From Emiliania huxleyi CCMP1516 (lineage: Eukaryota): a stretch of DNA of 64,000 nt. Position numbers and translations under genes: made by a program. How positions within the stretch are numbered: position 1 is the first letter of the stretch; the number at the start of each line of letters is the position of its first letter. Under the pieces are notes generated by a model. The model made no database searches. It saw nothing but the letters and a program-made list of their open reading frames with translations, and was not told where the DNA came from. Positions 22,520 through 34,453 of this stretch are shown piece after piece. The stretch is from the NCBI RefSeq assembly GCF_000372725.1, contig NW_005202368.1, positions 356,293 to 420,292 of the forward strand, in the 5' to 3' direction.

Positions 22520-24964
22520 CCCGCATGCAGCCAACTGACGTGTGAATACTACGTAGTCGTCGAGTTATATTCGTAGATGCATCGAGGTGTCGAGGCCAGG
22601 GCTCAGGTCACTTGTCTTCCTTGCACCTTGGGGCAAGGTGGGAGACGAGATTGCCCGAGATCAGGCGAGGCCAGGCGAGATAAGTCTGCAATCCGTCGAT
22701 AGAGACTTACTTTGTCTTTGAAAGGTCGGCGTCGGGCGGGGTCAGGGAAGCCGAGATTGCGCGAGATCACAGGCGAGAATTAGGTCAGCCGAGGACCTCC
22801 GCCCGAGATAGTCCGAGATCGACCGACGGAGGTCGAGAGATAAAGGGATGTCCAGTGTCTAGTCGTGGAGTGACTGCAGCCAAGAGGTGCCGAGATCGGG
22901 TAAGGCTAGGAAGGTGGACACCCTCCCGTCCTCGGAATAATCCTCGTCCGACACGGAATCCGTGGCACATGTGACATGTGCATGTGCATGCACATGTCAA
23001 CCCGGTGTCTGCCTCCTGCTTCGCGGCGCGGTTGGACTCTGTGTGTAGGAGGGAGATGGTCATCAAGCGCTCGTCTGCTGCGCGGCGGTCGACCGCGAAT
23101 CCTTCGCGACTATCTCCTTCAAAACATGCATGGCGGGGCGATGCATTCATTCAGAACGAATACCAACCACGCGCACGCATCCACTGTCTAGTTTCTGCTC
23201 TAAGCCAACGAACGATCTTATATTTGCTACTAATCTAATTAGAGACGATCGAGGGGTCCCGTACCATGCGGAACCGACCCTATCCAGTGCTCAAGTGCTC
23301 AAGATCCTTCGGTCCAAATTACAAAAAAACGCCCCTCAAACATCCTCTTTGCTGTTAGTCAATAGGAGATTGCCTCGCGGGACGTACGAACTGACAGGAT
23401 CTAGTTATCGCGGGTCGGCGACACACAAAATTTGTGGCCTGCTGCCGCACGCCGTCCGAGTCAGAGAGAGCGGCCGCTACCCGAATCGGCGCCGCGCCAA
23501 GCTCGAGCCCGGCCGGCGTGCGAATGGAGGCGGTCCATGCCCCGCGGCTGGGCAAAGCCGCCGCGCTCGCCGTCCGAGTCAGCGCCACGGCGGCGTGCGG
23601 CAGCTCCCACTGTCGCAGGTCGGCGCCGAGCCGCGCGGGCACGGAAGCGGAGAGAGTGCTCCCGCTCCGGAGACCCGACCAGCTCTGCGCCTCCGACGGG
23701 TGTTGCCGAGGGCGTAGCTCCTGCTCACCACGCCACGCCTTGCTTCTTTCTTTGGGGGGGTGGGTGGGGGTGGGGGGGTCGGGGGGGGGCACGTCACATG
23801 AACCTTTTTCCATGCAATGAACAAACACTTTAGAGTTGTTTGGTATTGTAAAAATGTGTGTGAATAAAATCTCTCTCTCTCTCTGCAACTCTCTCTCCCC
23901 CCCGCAATGATTCATGTTCTTAAATTCTTTTTCTTGCACCTCTTCTCTCCTCTTCCCTCTTCGGGCGCCCCAAAATTCTCTCTCTCTCTCCCAAAATAAA
24001 AAAGAATTTTCCAATCAAACTCTATCTATAAAAAAGAATCCCCGCGCGTTGACAAGCAAGGGTCGGGTGGGGTGGGGGTGTCGTCGTCTGTCGAGGGAGG
24101 GCTTCAACCTTGGTTTGGCTGGCCACGGGCACGCCGTAAAAAAAGAAAAAAAGAAAAAACAACCCAAGGGAGGGATGGGAATGACGCCGTGGTGCGAATG
24201 GTGAACGGTTGTTTTTCTTCCGTGTGCCGGTGATAGTACTAGCACGCGCCAGTTCGCACCTGTGTCGAGCCTGTGTGCTGTGAGAAGAGTTGTTTTCTCG
24301 GGTTACACCAATCCTCGCTACCCAACGCGGCCAAAGGATATCCACCTCGAGAACCTCGAGAACCTCGAGTTGTTTTGTTTAAATTCTTCCCAGACCGGCG
24401 GACTCTCTCAGCAGCTCGCGAAAGCGCTAATGCTGCCTGGTGGCCGCCGCTGAAGCGGGTGCGTGTCTACCTCGACCCACGTGCCCCGGCCGCGGCCGGT
24501 GCCTCGGCGCACAGCGCCGCGGGCCGCTCGGGCCGCGCCGAGGACAGCGCCGACGCCCGCCGCTGCCGCTCGCCTGCGCAGCGCCGCCGCTGCCCTGCGG
24601 CACTGCCGCCCATCGCCCGGCCCTCACCGTGCCACCGCACACTCGGATCGCGTCCGACGCCGCCCGCGCCTCTTCCCATAAGGGGGGGGGCGGCCGGCGA
24701 CCGTTTCGCCGGCGGCTGCGGGGTGAGCGGTGTCGGGCGCTGCGGAGAGCGCGTTGCTGGGAGGTGCGGCCGGAGGCGGGTCGGCCGGGGTGTGCGCGTC
24801 GTGGATGCGACACCACCGGTGCGCGAGCCGATCGCCGACACCACCGGTGCGCGCCGCCGCCCCGCCGCCGCCGCCGCCTCCTCCTTCCCTCCGCCACCCT
24901 CGCCACCACCACCGCCACCGACACATTGCCACCGCTCCCCCCCCCCCCCCCCGACCCCAGGCCC

Positions 24965-27900
24965 CCCCCCCCTTTCACTCATACCTTCATTCCAGTCACT
25001 CGTTTCATTCCAGTCACTCTTTTCACTCCATTCACTCTTTTCACTCCATTCACTCGGTTCACTCGTTTCACTCTTTTCACTCTTTTCACTCCGTTCACTC
25101 CGTTCACTCTTTACTTTTCACTCCATTCACTCGTTTCACTCTTTTCACTCCGTTCACTCCGTTCACTCCGTTCTTCGATCATAGGTCGTCGGCCTCACCC
25201 CCGCGCCCCACCGCCCACTAGCGAGGCCGCAGCACGCCCCGCAGCGCGCGGCAGCGCGGCCGCCGCCGCCGCCCCGCCGGCCGCGCCCGACCAAGCCCAA
25301 GCCGCCGCGCATCTCGTGGCGCGACCTGGGGGGGGAGGAGGCGGAGGAGGCGCCCGCGGCGGCGCACGAGCACGTGTACGCGCGCGCCGTCAAGTCTCGG
25401 CCACGCGACGTTGGCGAGGCGAGCGAGAGTCCCCGAGAGAGCACCCGAGAGAGTACCCGAGAGAGTACCCGAGAGAGTACCCGAGAGAGTCCCCGAGAGA
25501 GGTTCCCGAGAGAGCACCCGAGAGAGTACCCGAGAGATTACCCGAGAGCACCTCTTCGCCCTCCAGTAATCTCGACCGCACGTAGCACCACGTGAGCAGT
25601 CGTTCTGATGCGAGAGCACCAGCCGCCTCTGAGAGGCATCAGTAGCTCTCGCGTACTCTTTGGTGATCTCGCTTCATCTCAGGTGGTGGAGATATGGGGA
25701 GATATGGGGAGATATGATCTCGCTTCATCTCAGGAGGTGGAGATATGGGGAGATATGGGGAGATACGATCTCGCTTCATCTCAGGTGGTGGAGAGATGGG
25801 GAGATATGGGGAGATACGATCTCGCTTCATCTCAGGTGGTGGAGAGATGGGGAGATATGGGGAGATACGATCTCGCTTCATCTCAGGTGGTGGAGATATG
25901 GGGAGATATGGGGAGATATGGGGAGATACGATCTCGCTTCATCTCAGGTGGTGGAGATATGGGGAGATATGGGGAGATACGATCTCGCTTCATCTCAGGT
26001 GGTGGAGATATGGGGAGATATGGGGAGATACGATCTCGCTTCATCTCAGGTGGTGGAGAGGGTCGAGTACCTCCTCGCGCTCCACCCGCCCGAGGACCAC
26101 GCCGACCAGCTCGCGTCCGCACACGCACACGCCCCGCCGCTCGCCGCGCTGCACGCCGCGCCCGAGGGGGCCGGAGGCACGCGCGCCGCCGCCGCCGCCG
26201 CCGCCGCGCCGGCGTTCGGGGGCGAGGCGCTGCGCATGTCGTACACGCTGCGGTCTGCAGGGGGGCGGGGCGGCGGCACGGCCGCCGAGCTGGCCGAGTT
26301 CCAGGCGCGGGGAGATTTGGGGGGGATCTGGGGAGATCTGGGGAGATAGTGCCCACCCTCCAGGTGATACGGGGAGATATGGGGAGGTGAAAGGGAGTGC
26401 CCACTCCCCCTCTCCCTCTCTCTCTCTCTCTGCTAGTGAGGTGTCCGTGTTTGACGTCTCCACCTCTCTCCAGGCGCGCTGGCGGCGGGGCGAGCCGGTG
26501 GTGGTTGGGTCGCTCGACCGCGAGTTTGAGCTGCCGTGGGGCCCGCACGGCTTCCTGGAGCGGTTCGGCGCGGAGCAGGTCAACATGATTGACTGCCGCG
26601 ACGGCAAGTCGGTGCACTGGCTGACGCTGGCGCACTTCTTCGCCGGCTACACCAAGCCGTGGACGCGCGCAAAGTGCCCCGACACCTTTCGCCGCATGAT
26701 GCTCAAGCTCAAGGACTGGCCCCCAAACACCGACTTCCGCGACAAGATGCCAGAGTACTTTGACGACCTGATGGAGGCGCTCCCCTTCCCGCAGTACACG
26801 CACCGCGACGGGGTGCTCAACCTCGCGCGCCACTTCCCGCCCGACTGCGTGCCGCCCGACCTCGGCCCGAAGATGTACAACGGCTTTGGGCAGAAGCACG
26901 CGTGGCGGGGGATGGACCCGGCCGTCGCCAAGGTCGGCACAACCCACTCTCTCCGCCACGCTCCCTCGCTCCCTCCGCTCCCCTCCCCTCCCCCCCCGCC
27001 CCTTCCCGTCCCTTCCCCGCCCTCCCCTTCCCTCCCCTCCCCCTCCCTCTCCTCCCCATCCCTCCTCTTCGCCTCCCGCCCCGCTTCCTCGGTCCCTCCC
27101 CCCCTGAACTTCCCTGAACCTTCCCTGAACCTTCCCGGACCCTGCCTGCAGGGCGGGCACACGAACCTGCACTGCGACGTCTCGGACGCGGTCAACGTGA
27201 TGGTGGACGTGTACGAGGGCGACGACGGCGACGACTCCGAGGATGAGACCGACGAGGCGAGAGCGGCGCCGAGAGCTGGGGAAGAGAGCCTCATGAGTCC
27301 TTGGCTGCTGACGGGGCTGGTGAAAGAGGAGTAGGCGAGCTTGGCCGACGCCGAGTTGGGCAGCCTCTCCTGCCAGCACGGCGCCGTCGGGGGCATCTTC
27401 CGCTGGCGGGGCTGTGAACAGCGTCTCTTCACGCCTCTAGCTGTGAACAGGTGCCATCTGGGACATCTACCGCTGGCAGGACACCGAGGCGATCCTGCAG
27501 CTGCTGCACGCGGTGGCGCGCGAGCGCGACGTCGAGATCACGAGCAACCCGATCCACGACCAGCTCTTCTACCTCGACGACACGCTGCGCAAGCGGCTGC
27601 GAGACCAGTACAAGGTGCGCGGCTGGCGCTTCGTGCAGCGACGCGGAGACGCCGTCTTCATCCCGGCGGGCTGCCCGCACCAAGTGCGCAACCTCTCGTC
27701 GTGCGTCAAGGTGGCGCTCGACTTTGTGTCGCCCGAGAATGCGCACCGGTGCGTCCACCTGACGGACGAGTTTGCAAAGCTGCCGCGCGGCCACCACCTC
27801 TCCGAGGACAAGCTGCAGGTCAAGACGATGCTGCTGCACACGATGAAGCACCTCACCGAGGCGCTCATGCCGCGCAGGCAGCCGGCGGAGGCGGAGGGGG

Positions 27901-28002
27901 CGGAGGGGGGCGAGGCGGGGGAGGGGGGAGAAGGAGCACCGCTCGCGCCGCCGCCGGGCGCTAGCAACGGCACGTAGCCCGCATGCAGCCAACTGACGTG
28001 TA
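24965..28002 (+). CDS. Near-identical second copy of the 3' part of the JmjC gene, including the catalytic exons that fall in the gap in copy 1
   Basis: Matches ~18670-22543. Reads WRRGEPVVV..LKLKDWPP..DDLMEALPFPQYTHRDGVLNLA..PDLGPKMY..LHCDVSDAVN..HQVRN; stop at 27975-27977; no 5' exons visible. Confidence 0.8.
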
Positions 28003-28392
28003 GGGCGGGCTCTCCTCCCGCCCCGACCGCTCTTCAGCAACCGGTCGGGGTTCACATCTTTTTTGGTATATACACGAGGTTTATTGCACAATGGCTAGTT
28101 CCATTTCACTCTGACACGCTAATCTTGAAAAAATGATAAACGTCCAACGGAGCTCCGTGTTGCTCCCAGCGCCCTCCCACGCGCGGTTCCTGCGGCCACA
28201 TGGCCGATGGTACTAGCATGGGAGGTCATCTGGCTACCGCGAGAGCGACCCAACTCGTCGACATCGTACGATGATGGTGCCTCAAAGTCAGCCTTCGGAG
28301 GCCGCGCTGTGTCCGCGCGCTGTGTCTCTGTGCGGTGTGCTGTGGGGCAACTTGCTGCGAGGAGCCCGGAGCGCGCGGAGGAGTGTCGCGTG

Positions 28393-29763
28393 TCACATCC
28401 GGGTCTTTCGCGCGTGCGGGTGCGTCGGCGCGCTCGGCGGCGTGTTGACGCCCGCAACACGGAGGATCTCGTCGAAGAGCGCCTCTGCCTGCTCCTCGAA
28501 ATCGGCATCCTCCGCGAAGTTGGCCTTGAAGAGTGTACCGCCGAGCTCCATGCCAACCTGCCCCTTCCAATTGCCTGGCATGAGGCAGTCGGGCTCCATG
28601 GGCACGGGCACCATCTTGGTGGCGGACTTCCGCTGAGTAGCGTACTTAAACTCCTTCTTGCAGTTGTCGTTCGGATTCTTTGACGCCACCTTGTCGAGAT
28701 ATGCCTTGGACACGAAGACCACGATGGCAGCCGAGTCGTCGATGCCCTCGCACATCTTGTCGGCGATCTCGCCCTCCATCCGGTCGCCGTCAAACCACGT
28801 CACCATGCCGCGCGCCTTGAGGTGGTCGTTGATCCGCGAGACGCGCGCATGCGTGTCGCGGCCCTTGCCATCCTTGACCCACGAGTGGGTCAGGAAGGCG
28901 TGGTAAAGACAGCCGTCGGGCAGCGGTAGCTGCGGCACTGTGACGCGGGGCGGTGGCGAGGACAATGGCGCCATCTTGTTGCCATGCACCGATGCCGCGG
29001 ACTTGGCGGGCGCACCGTACTTGCCCAGCTTGAGCTGACACTGCTGGCAGATCCAGAAGTCGCACTGCGCACATGCATCAACAAATGCGCCACCGCGAAC
29101 CCCCGCATGGCAGACGTCGCAGATGCCATCTCCCCGGACGCGACCCGTCATCATGCCATGGCCGTTCGGGCACACTCCGCACGCATTGTCGTTGTGCTTA
29201 GTCTGACCCTCCGAAAGAAAGCTCACTCCGAGGACAGGCGGCTCATTCCAGCACGCCAGAAGCTTGTGCAAGAGGTCCTTCTTTCCCATGCCCAACGGCA
29301 TTGGTGAGCCGAACGCAAGGTTGTGAAGGCGAGCAGCCTCGCGTGCGCCCAGTCGGTAGCTGATCATCACGTCACCGCCATACTCTTCCAGCCCCAGAAA
29401 GTCGACCCAGATGCGCCGGACGAAGCGCTCGGGGTCGGACTCGATCAGGCACCCTATGAGCTCCATCTTGGTCATCGTCGGCATGCCCTTCTTGTACACC
29501 GCGTAGAGCTCCTCGATCTCGTCCATCGTGTAAAGGATGTCGGCGACAGTAGCGAGAATCGTGTCCATTGCTCCGGTCGAGGGAGTGCACAGCGCACTTT
29601 GCTGTCTGTACAGGCTCCTCGCCTGATCGTCAACTTGATCGTCATCGCTTAGCCACGCAAGCAACGCGGCCTCATCGCCTCGGCTCAGGGCAGAATGAAG
29701 CCAGTCAGGAGCGTCGTCTTCTTGCCCGCCTGCTCCGCGCTGTGAGGAGACCTTTCCGCCCAT
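28393..29763 (-). CDS. TIR (TIR_2-like) domain protein with a Cys/His zinc-finger region and possible N-myristoylation site, intronless
   Basis: 456 aa ORF starting MGGKVSS; CPNGH..CDVC..CAQCDFWICQQC; YHAFLTHSW..LKARGMVTWFD..MCEGIDDSAAIVVFVSKAY..NCKKEFKYA..MVPV. Confidence 0.88.
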   Translation of the reverse strand: MGGKVSSQRGAGGQEDDAPDWLHSALSRGDEAALLAWLSDDDQVDDQARSLYRQQSALCTPSTGAMDTILATVADILYTMDEIEELYAVYKKGMPTMTKMELIGCLIESDPERFVRRIWVDFLGLEEYGGDVMISYRLGAREAARLHNLAFGSPMPLGMGKKDLLHKLLACWNEPPVLGVSFLSEGQTKHNDNACGVCPNGHGMMTGRVRGDGICDVCHAGVRGGAFVDACAQCDFWICQQCQLKLGKYGAPAKSAASVHGNKMAPLSSPPPRVTVPQLPLPDGCLYHAFLTHSWVKDGKGRDTHARVSRINDHLKARGMVTWFDGDRMEGEIADKMCEGIDDSAAIVVFVSKAYLDKVASKNPNDNCKKEFKYATQRKSATKMVPVPMEPDCLMPGNWKGQVGMELGGTLFKANFAEDADFEEQAEALFDEILRVAGVNTPPSAPTHPHARKTRM

Positions 29764-30387
29764 CGGCTAGCGCACGCGCGCGGCGACGAGAGGAAACGGA
29801 TTGCGCTCGTCTTATTGAGCGCCTCAAGGGAAGCCGCCACTAGGACCCTTGATGCTATCAAATCGCGCGCCCGCACCAAGCAAGGAATGCCGCGGCGCCC
29901 GATCGCCTTTGCGCTGCCTTGATTTGAGCGCCTTCGTTGTAGCACGTACCTCCGTCTACACGGCGGACCCGACCTCCTGACGTACCATCGTCTACACGGC
30001 GGACCCGACCTCCTGCCGGGGAGCTCGCCACCTCGCCCTGTAGGTAGAAAGGTGAAGAACAGCCAGGCTCGGACTGGACACCAACGCGGTATGGGTGGAC
30101 GCAAGACAGATGATGACGACACGCACGAGCGACACACAGACACAAACAGGCTCACAAGACACACAGCCAGCTGGCTGGCACACACCCTGAGTTGGCGTAC
30201 ACATAACTCAAGGCCACATCCTCCCTGTCGCCCCCCCCAGCACTCCACGGTGCCAAGAGAACAAACAAGGGCACAACAAACAACACACAACAGGAAGTGA
30301 CATGCGAGGCACGGACACTAGGATTGATTGATTGATGGGAAGGCGAAACACAGTCCGACCACAAAACTGCTTCACTCTCAAAAAGAA

Positions 30388-30615
30388 GAGGCGCGTGAGC
30401 CGGACTTGTGAGCCGGACCACCCCCTCTTGTACCCTGCGTTGTTGAGCCAGGAGCCCAGGACTCAACATACTCGGGCTGTCGCCGTCCCAAACTGTCACT
30501 CCCCTCTCTCCCGGCCGGGGTGGGGCGCGCGCGGCGGCGGCGGGTGTGCGGCGAGTGTGCGGGATGTCTGTGGGCCCGAGAGCGATATGCCATGTCCGCC
30601 TTGCGTTGTTTCATT
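30388..30615 (+). repeat. ~225 bp repeat, inverted partner at ~33920-34139
   Basis: GAGGCGCGTGAGCCGGAC..GCCATGTCCGCCTTGCGTT is the reverse complement, with mismatches and indels, of AACGCAAGGCGGACATGGC..GTCCGGCTCACGCGCCTC. Confidence 0.9.
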
Positions 30616-30747
30616 ACTCGAAGGCTAAGCTCAAAAAAGAAGGACGCGGTCTTTATGAGCGTCGGGCGCCACAAAACGCTGCACAACGCCAGCCCAGTGG
30701 GGGGGGCCGCGGTGCTGTAATCGCGCTGCAGCACACTTCCCAGCACC

Positions 30748-32564
30748 ATGCGCGAGCTTGTAGTACGCGAGGCTCTCGCGGAGGCAGGCATAAAGCGGCG
30801 GCGCTCCTCCGGCGGCGAGCCGGCGACCCGCCTCTCGGCGCACCTGTTGGAGCTCTTTGAGGAGATCGATTGCGACCCGGCCGTCTGTCGTATCTCCGCG
30901 GAGGAGCTGCGGCGCGGCCTAGAGCGGCTCGGCCTGCCCTGCTCGCCCAACCTCGTCGATGAGATCTTTGACCTCGCCGACGCGAACGCCGACGGGCTAC
31001 TCGACTACGGCGACCTTCTCGTGTACGCGACGGAGAGGGAGGCGCAGGTGGCGCGCACGTTTGCGCGCATCGCGCGCGACGGCCGGATCCGGCGCGGCGA
31101 GCTCCAGCAGGCGCTCGGCGACCTTGGCCTGCGCGTGAGCGCGGAGCAGGCGCAATCCTCAGCCTCTCTCCTCCTCCCTCCCTCCCTCCCTCCCTCCCTC
31201 CCTCCCTCCCTCTCTCCCTCCCTCCCTCTCTCCCTCTCTCCCACCCTCTCTCCCTCGCCCCCCTCCCGATAGCAGCAGTTCTGTTTCAGCGCCGTTCTTC
31301 TTTGACTCGCTCAGGCGCAGTCCTTCTTCGACGCGCTCGACCGCAACGGGAGCGGCACGGTTACCCTGGACGAGTTTGAGCAGTTCTGCTGGCTGCTGCC
31401 TCGCGTCGACGCGCGCGCCGCCTTCGAGAGCTGGCAGAAGCACGTGCCGCTCGACACGGGGCAGGAGCCCGGGCTACGCCTCGTCGTTCATGATCAAGTA
31501 GCTATTCAGTAGTGAATTCATTCATTGATTACTTACTGCGGCAGGAGCCGGGTCTCGGCCTCGTCGCCGAGAAGCCGCTCGCCGACGGCAGCGGCGGCAG
31601 CACGCCAGCCTCTCCGGCGCCGCCGTCGGTGGTGCTCGCGGCGGGCGCTGTGGCCGGCGTAGTCTCGAGGACGGCCACGGCGCCGCTCGACCGGCTCAAG
31701 GTGCTGATGCAGGTTGGGTCGCACGAAGTCGCTTCCGTCGACGGGTCGGTGCGCAAGCTCGGCCCGGTGGCGATGATTGAGCGGCGCGCGGCAGCAAGCG
31801 GCGTGCTGGCGGGCCTGCGCGCCATCTACGCGGCCGGCGGCGTGCCCGCCTTCTTCCAGGGCAACTTGGCAAATGTGGTCAAGATCGTGCCTGAGTCCGC
31901 CCTCAAGTTTTGGGTGTACGACTGGGTCAAGCGGCTCAGTGCGAGGGACTACTCGCGCCCTACCGCAAGCGAACGGCTCCTTGCGGGCGCAGCTGCCGGC
32001 GCGGCGTCCTGCACTGCCATCTACCCCCTCGAGGTAGTCAAGACGCGGATGGCAATCGCTCGGGCCGGGGAGTATGAGGGGATCGGCCACTGCCTCCAGC
32101 GCACCGCGAGGGCGGAAGGGCTGCGCGCGCTCTACAAGGGACTTCCGGCCTCACTCGCAGGCATCATCCCCTTCTCCGCCGTCGACCTCGCCCTCTTCAA
32201 CACGCTCAAGGAGTGGCTTGCGCGCTACCGCCGCCGAGAACCGGACGTGCTCACTCTCCTCGGCTGCGGCGCCCTCTCGTCGACGGTCGCTCAGCTCGCC
32301 ACCTACCCTCTCGCGCTGGCGAAGACGCGCCTGCAGGCGGCGGGCATGCCCGGCTACCCGCAGAGGTATAACGGCCTCGCCGACTGCCTACGCCAGACGT
32401 ACTCAGACCGCGAGGGTGGCGGCGTCCGCGCGCTCTACCGCGGCATCCTGCCAAACATGCTCAAGGCGGTGCCCGCGATCTCGATCTCGTACGTCGTCTT
32501 CGAGACGAGCAAAAAGGCGATGCTCTCGCGGATCGACGACCAGCGGAGAGCAGAGCCGCGCTAG
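30748..32564 (+). CDS. Calcium-binding mitochondrial carrier (SCaMC / ATP-Mg:Pi carrier type, SLC25 family), EF-hands plus three carrier repeats
   Basis: EF-hands DANADGLLDYGD and DRNGSGTVTLDEF; carrier signatures PLDRLK, PLEVVKTR, PLALAKTR; introns 31150-31314 and one ending at 31544. Confidence 0.88.
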
Positions 32565-32724
32565 CCGCCCGCGCTAGCCGCCCGCGCTTGCCGCCTTGCG
32601 CCGGGATGTGTGGGCTAGATCGCTGATCGGTCCATATAGGGCAGGGTCGCTGCCAAAAGCCCGATTTTACCTATCGCTGCCAAAAGCCCGATTTTACCTT
32701 AGACCAGCACACAGAGTATTTCAG

Positions 32725-33747
32725 TCAGCCCTTTTCACCCCGCGCGTGCGACGCGCTCGCACCGTCGAGGGCGCCCTTCACCGCCTCAAAGCATACAAAG
32801 CTGATGGCGACCGAGGGAATTACCTTCACAATGTTGACCGTCAGGCCGGCGTAGAGCCCCCGCACGATGCCATCGCGCCGCCCGATCCCGACCAGAGCCT
32901 CGAGCATGCCCCCGTACCGCACGCCGCTGTGCTTCACCTTGACGTCTTGCACCTGCAGCACCCTTCGCACCGTGTCGAGCGGGTACGCCACTGTCTGGCC
33001 ACACGCCCCCGCAAAGCCGCCGGCGCAAAGCTTGCCGACAACGGTCGGCTCTCCCCTCTCATTGCGCGGCATGTGCGGTCGCAGCGTGTCGTACACGGCG
33101 AAATCAATGCCCACATACGGCACGATGCCAATCAGCGACGGCAGCAGGCCGCGAAACAGGGCCGCTGGCCCCTCGTCGCGGGCCACAGTGACGATGGCGG
33201 CGACGATACCGTTGTGGTACCGCCCCGCCATGTCGGTCGATATGCGTGCGCGCACCATGTCGAGCGGATAGGTGAGCAGCTGCGCAATCGCACCCGCGAG
33301 CCCGCCCGCAACGAGCCGCTCCTGCGGCAGGAGCTCGCCCCGTGCGCCCCGTTCGCCAAAGAGCCGCGTCTTTAGGTCGGCATAGGCGCCAAACTGGATG
33401 GCGGACGAGGGGAAGACCCGCACACAATTGACGGTGTTGCCCTTGTAGAGGCCCAGCATGCCCTCTGTCCGCCAGAGCTCCCGGAGCGAGCGAGCTAGCG
33501 ATGTGTGGTGTGGTGTCTGGCCCTGCGCAGAGAGACCCTGCACCTGCAGCAGGATCTTGACGCGCTCTAGCGGCGCCACGGCTGTCCGGCTGACGACGCC
33601 AGCAACCCCACCAGCTATCAGCGTGCGCACAGCGGGGCTGGCGATGAATGCCTCCGCACCCACCTCGGCCGATTCAAGCGCGGCAGCCTCCACAGAGTCT
33701 CTGCGGCCGATGGTGGTGCGCCGAGCAGGTGGCTCTTTGGATTGCAT
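32725..33747 (-). CDS. Mitochondrial carrier (SLC25; adenine nucleotide/CoA transporter-like), intronless
   Basis: AGGVAGVVSRTAVAPLERVKILLQVQ, YPLDMVRAR, YPLDTVRRVLQ; first ATG at 33747. Confidence 0.9.
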   Translation of the reverse strand: MQSKEPPARRTTIGRRDSVEAAALESAEVGAEAFIASPAVRTLIAGGVAGVVSRTAVAPLERVKILLQVQGLSAQGQTPHHTSLARSLRELWRTEGMLGLYKGNTVNCVRVFPSSAIQFGAYADLKTRLFGERGARGELLPQERLVAGGLAGAIAQLLTYPLDMVRARISTDMAGRYHNGIVAAIVTVARDEGPAALFRGLLPSLIGIVPYVGIDFAVYDTLRPHMPRNERGEPTVVGKLCAGGFAGACGQTVAYPLDTVRRVLQVQDVKVKHSGVRYGGMLEALVGIGRRDGIVRGLYAGLTVNIVKVIPSVAISFVCFEAVKGALDGASASHARGEKG

Positions 33748-33919
33748 TGCGATATGGCGTCGCCTGACGCCAGCGACTCTGCACCACCTGTCGAACACGG
33801 ACCACTCCGACGGACGACCCCGCGTCGGGAGTTGCACCACCTCCGACACCGACCACTCCGACGCGCAACTTCTTCAACTCCGGCCGACCGACGGTCGTTC
33901 GACGCCAAAACCTTCGATG

Positions 33920-34139
33920 TTATGAACAAACGCAAGGCGGACATGGCAGATCGCTCTCGGGCTCACAGACATCCCTCACACCCGCCGCACGCCCGCCGCC
34001 CCCGCGCGCGCCCCACCCCGGCCGGGAGAAAGGGGAGTGACAGTTTGGGACTCGCAAGCCCGAGTATGTTGAGTCCTGGCTCAACAACGCAGATAACAAG
34101 AGGGGGTGGTCCGGCTCACAGGTCCGGCTCACGCGCCTC
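33920..34139 (-). repeat. Inverted partner of the 30388-30615 repeat
   Basis: Reverse-complement alignment by eye. Confidence 0.9.
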
Positions 34140-34453
34140 GAGCTCGCCATCTACCGCACTGAACACTTCCGCCCCTCCAGAACCGCGCGATCTCGGGCGA
34201 TCTCGGGCCGCGCCGCGCGATCTCGGGCGATCTCGCGCTATCTCGGAGCTCCACGCCACGCCGCCCCCCCCCCCCCACCCCCCACCCCACCTCACCCACC
34301 GCCGCGCCGCGCTATCTCGGGCGATCTCGGAGCGTCGCTCGCGCGGCGTCACACCTGCTCAAAAAATTTTTTCTTTGAAAAAGAATTCTTCGACCGCATC
34401 TTTTTGGCCCATCTCCTTCCCACGTAGGCGGGGCGGCGGTCGCGGGGTGCGGG

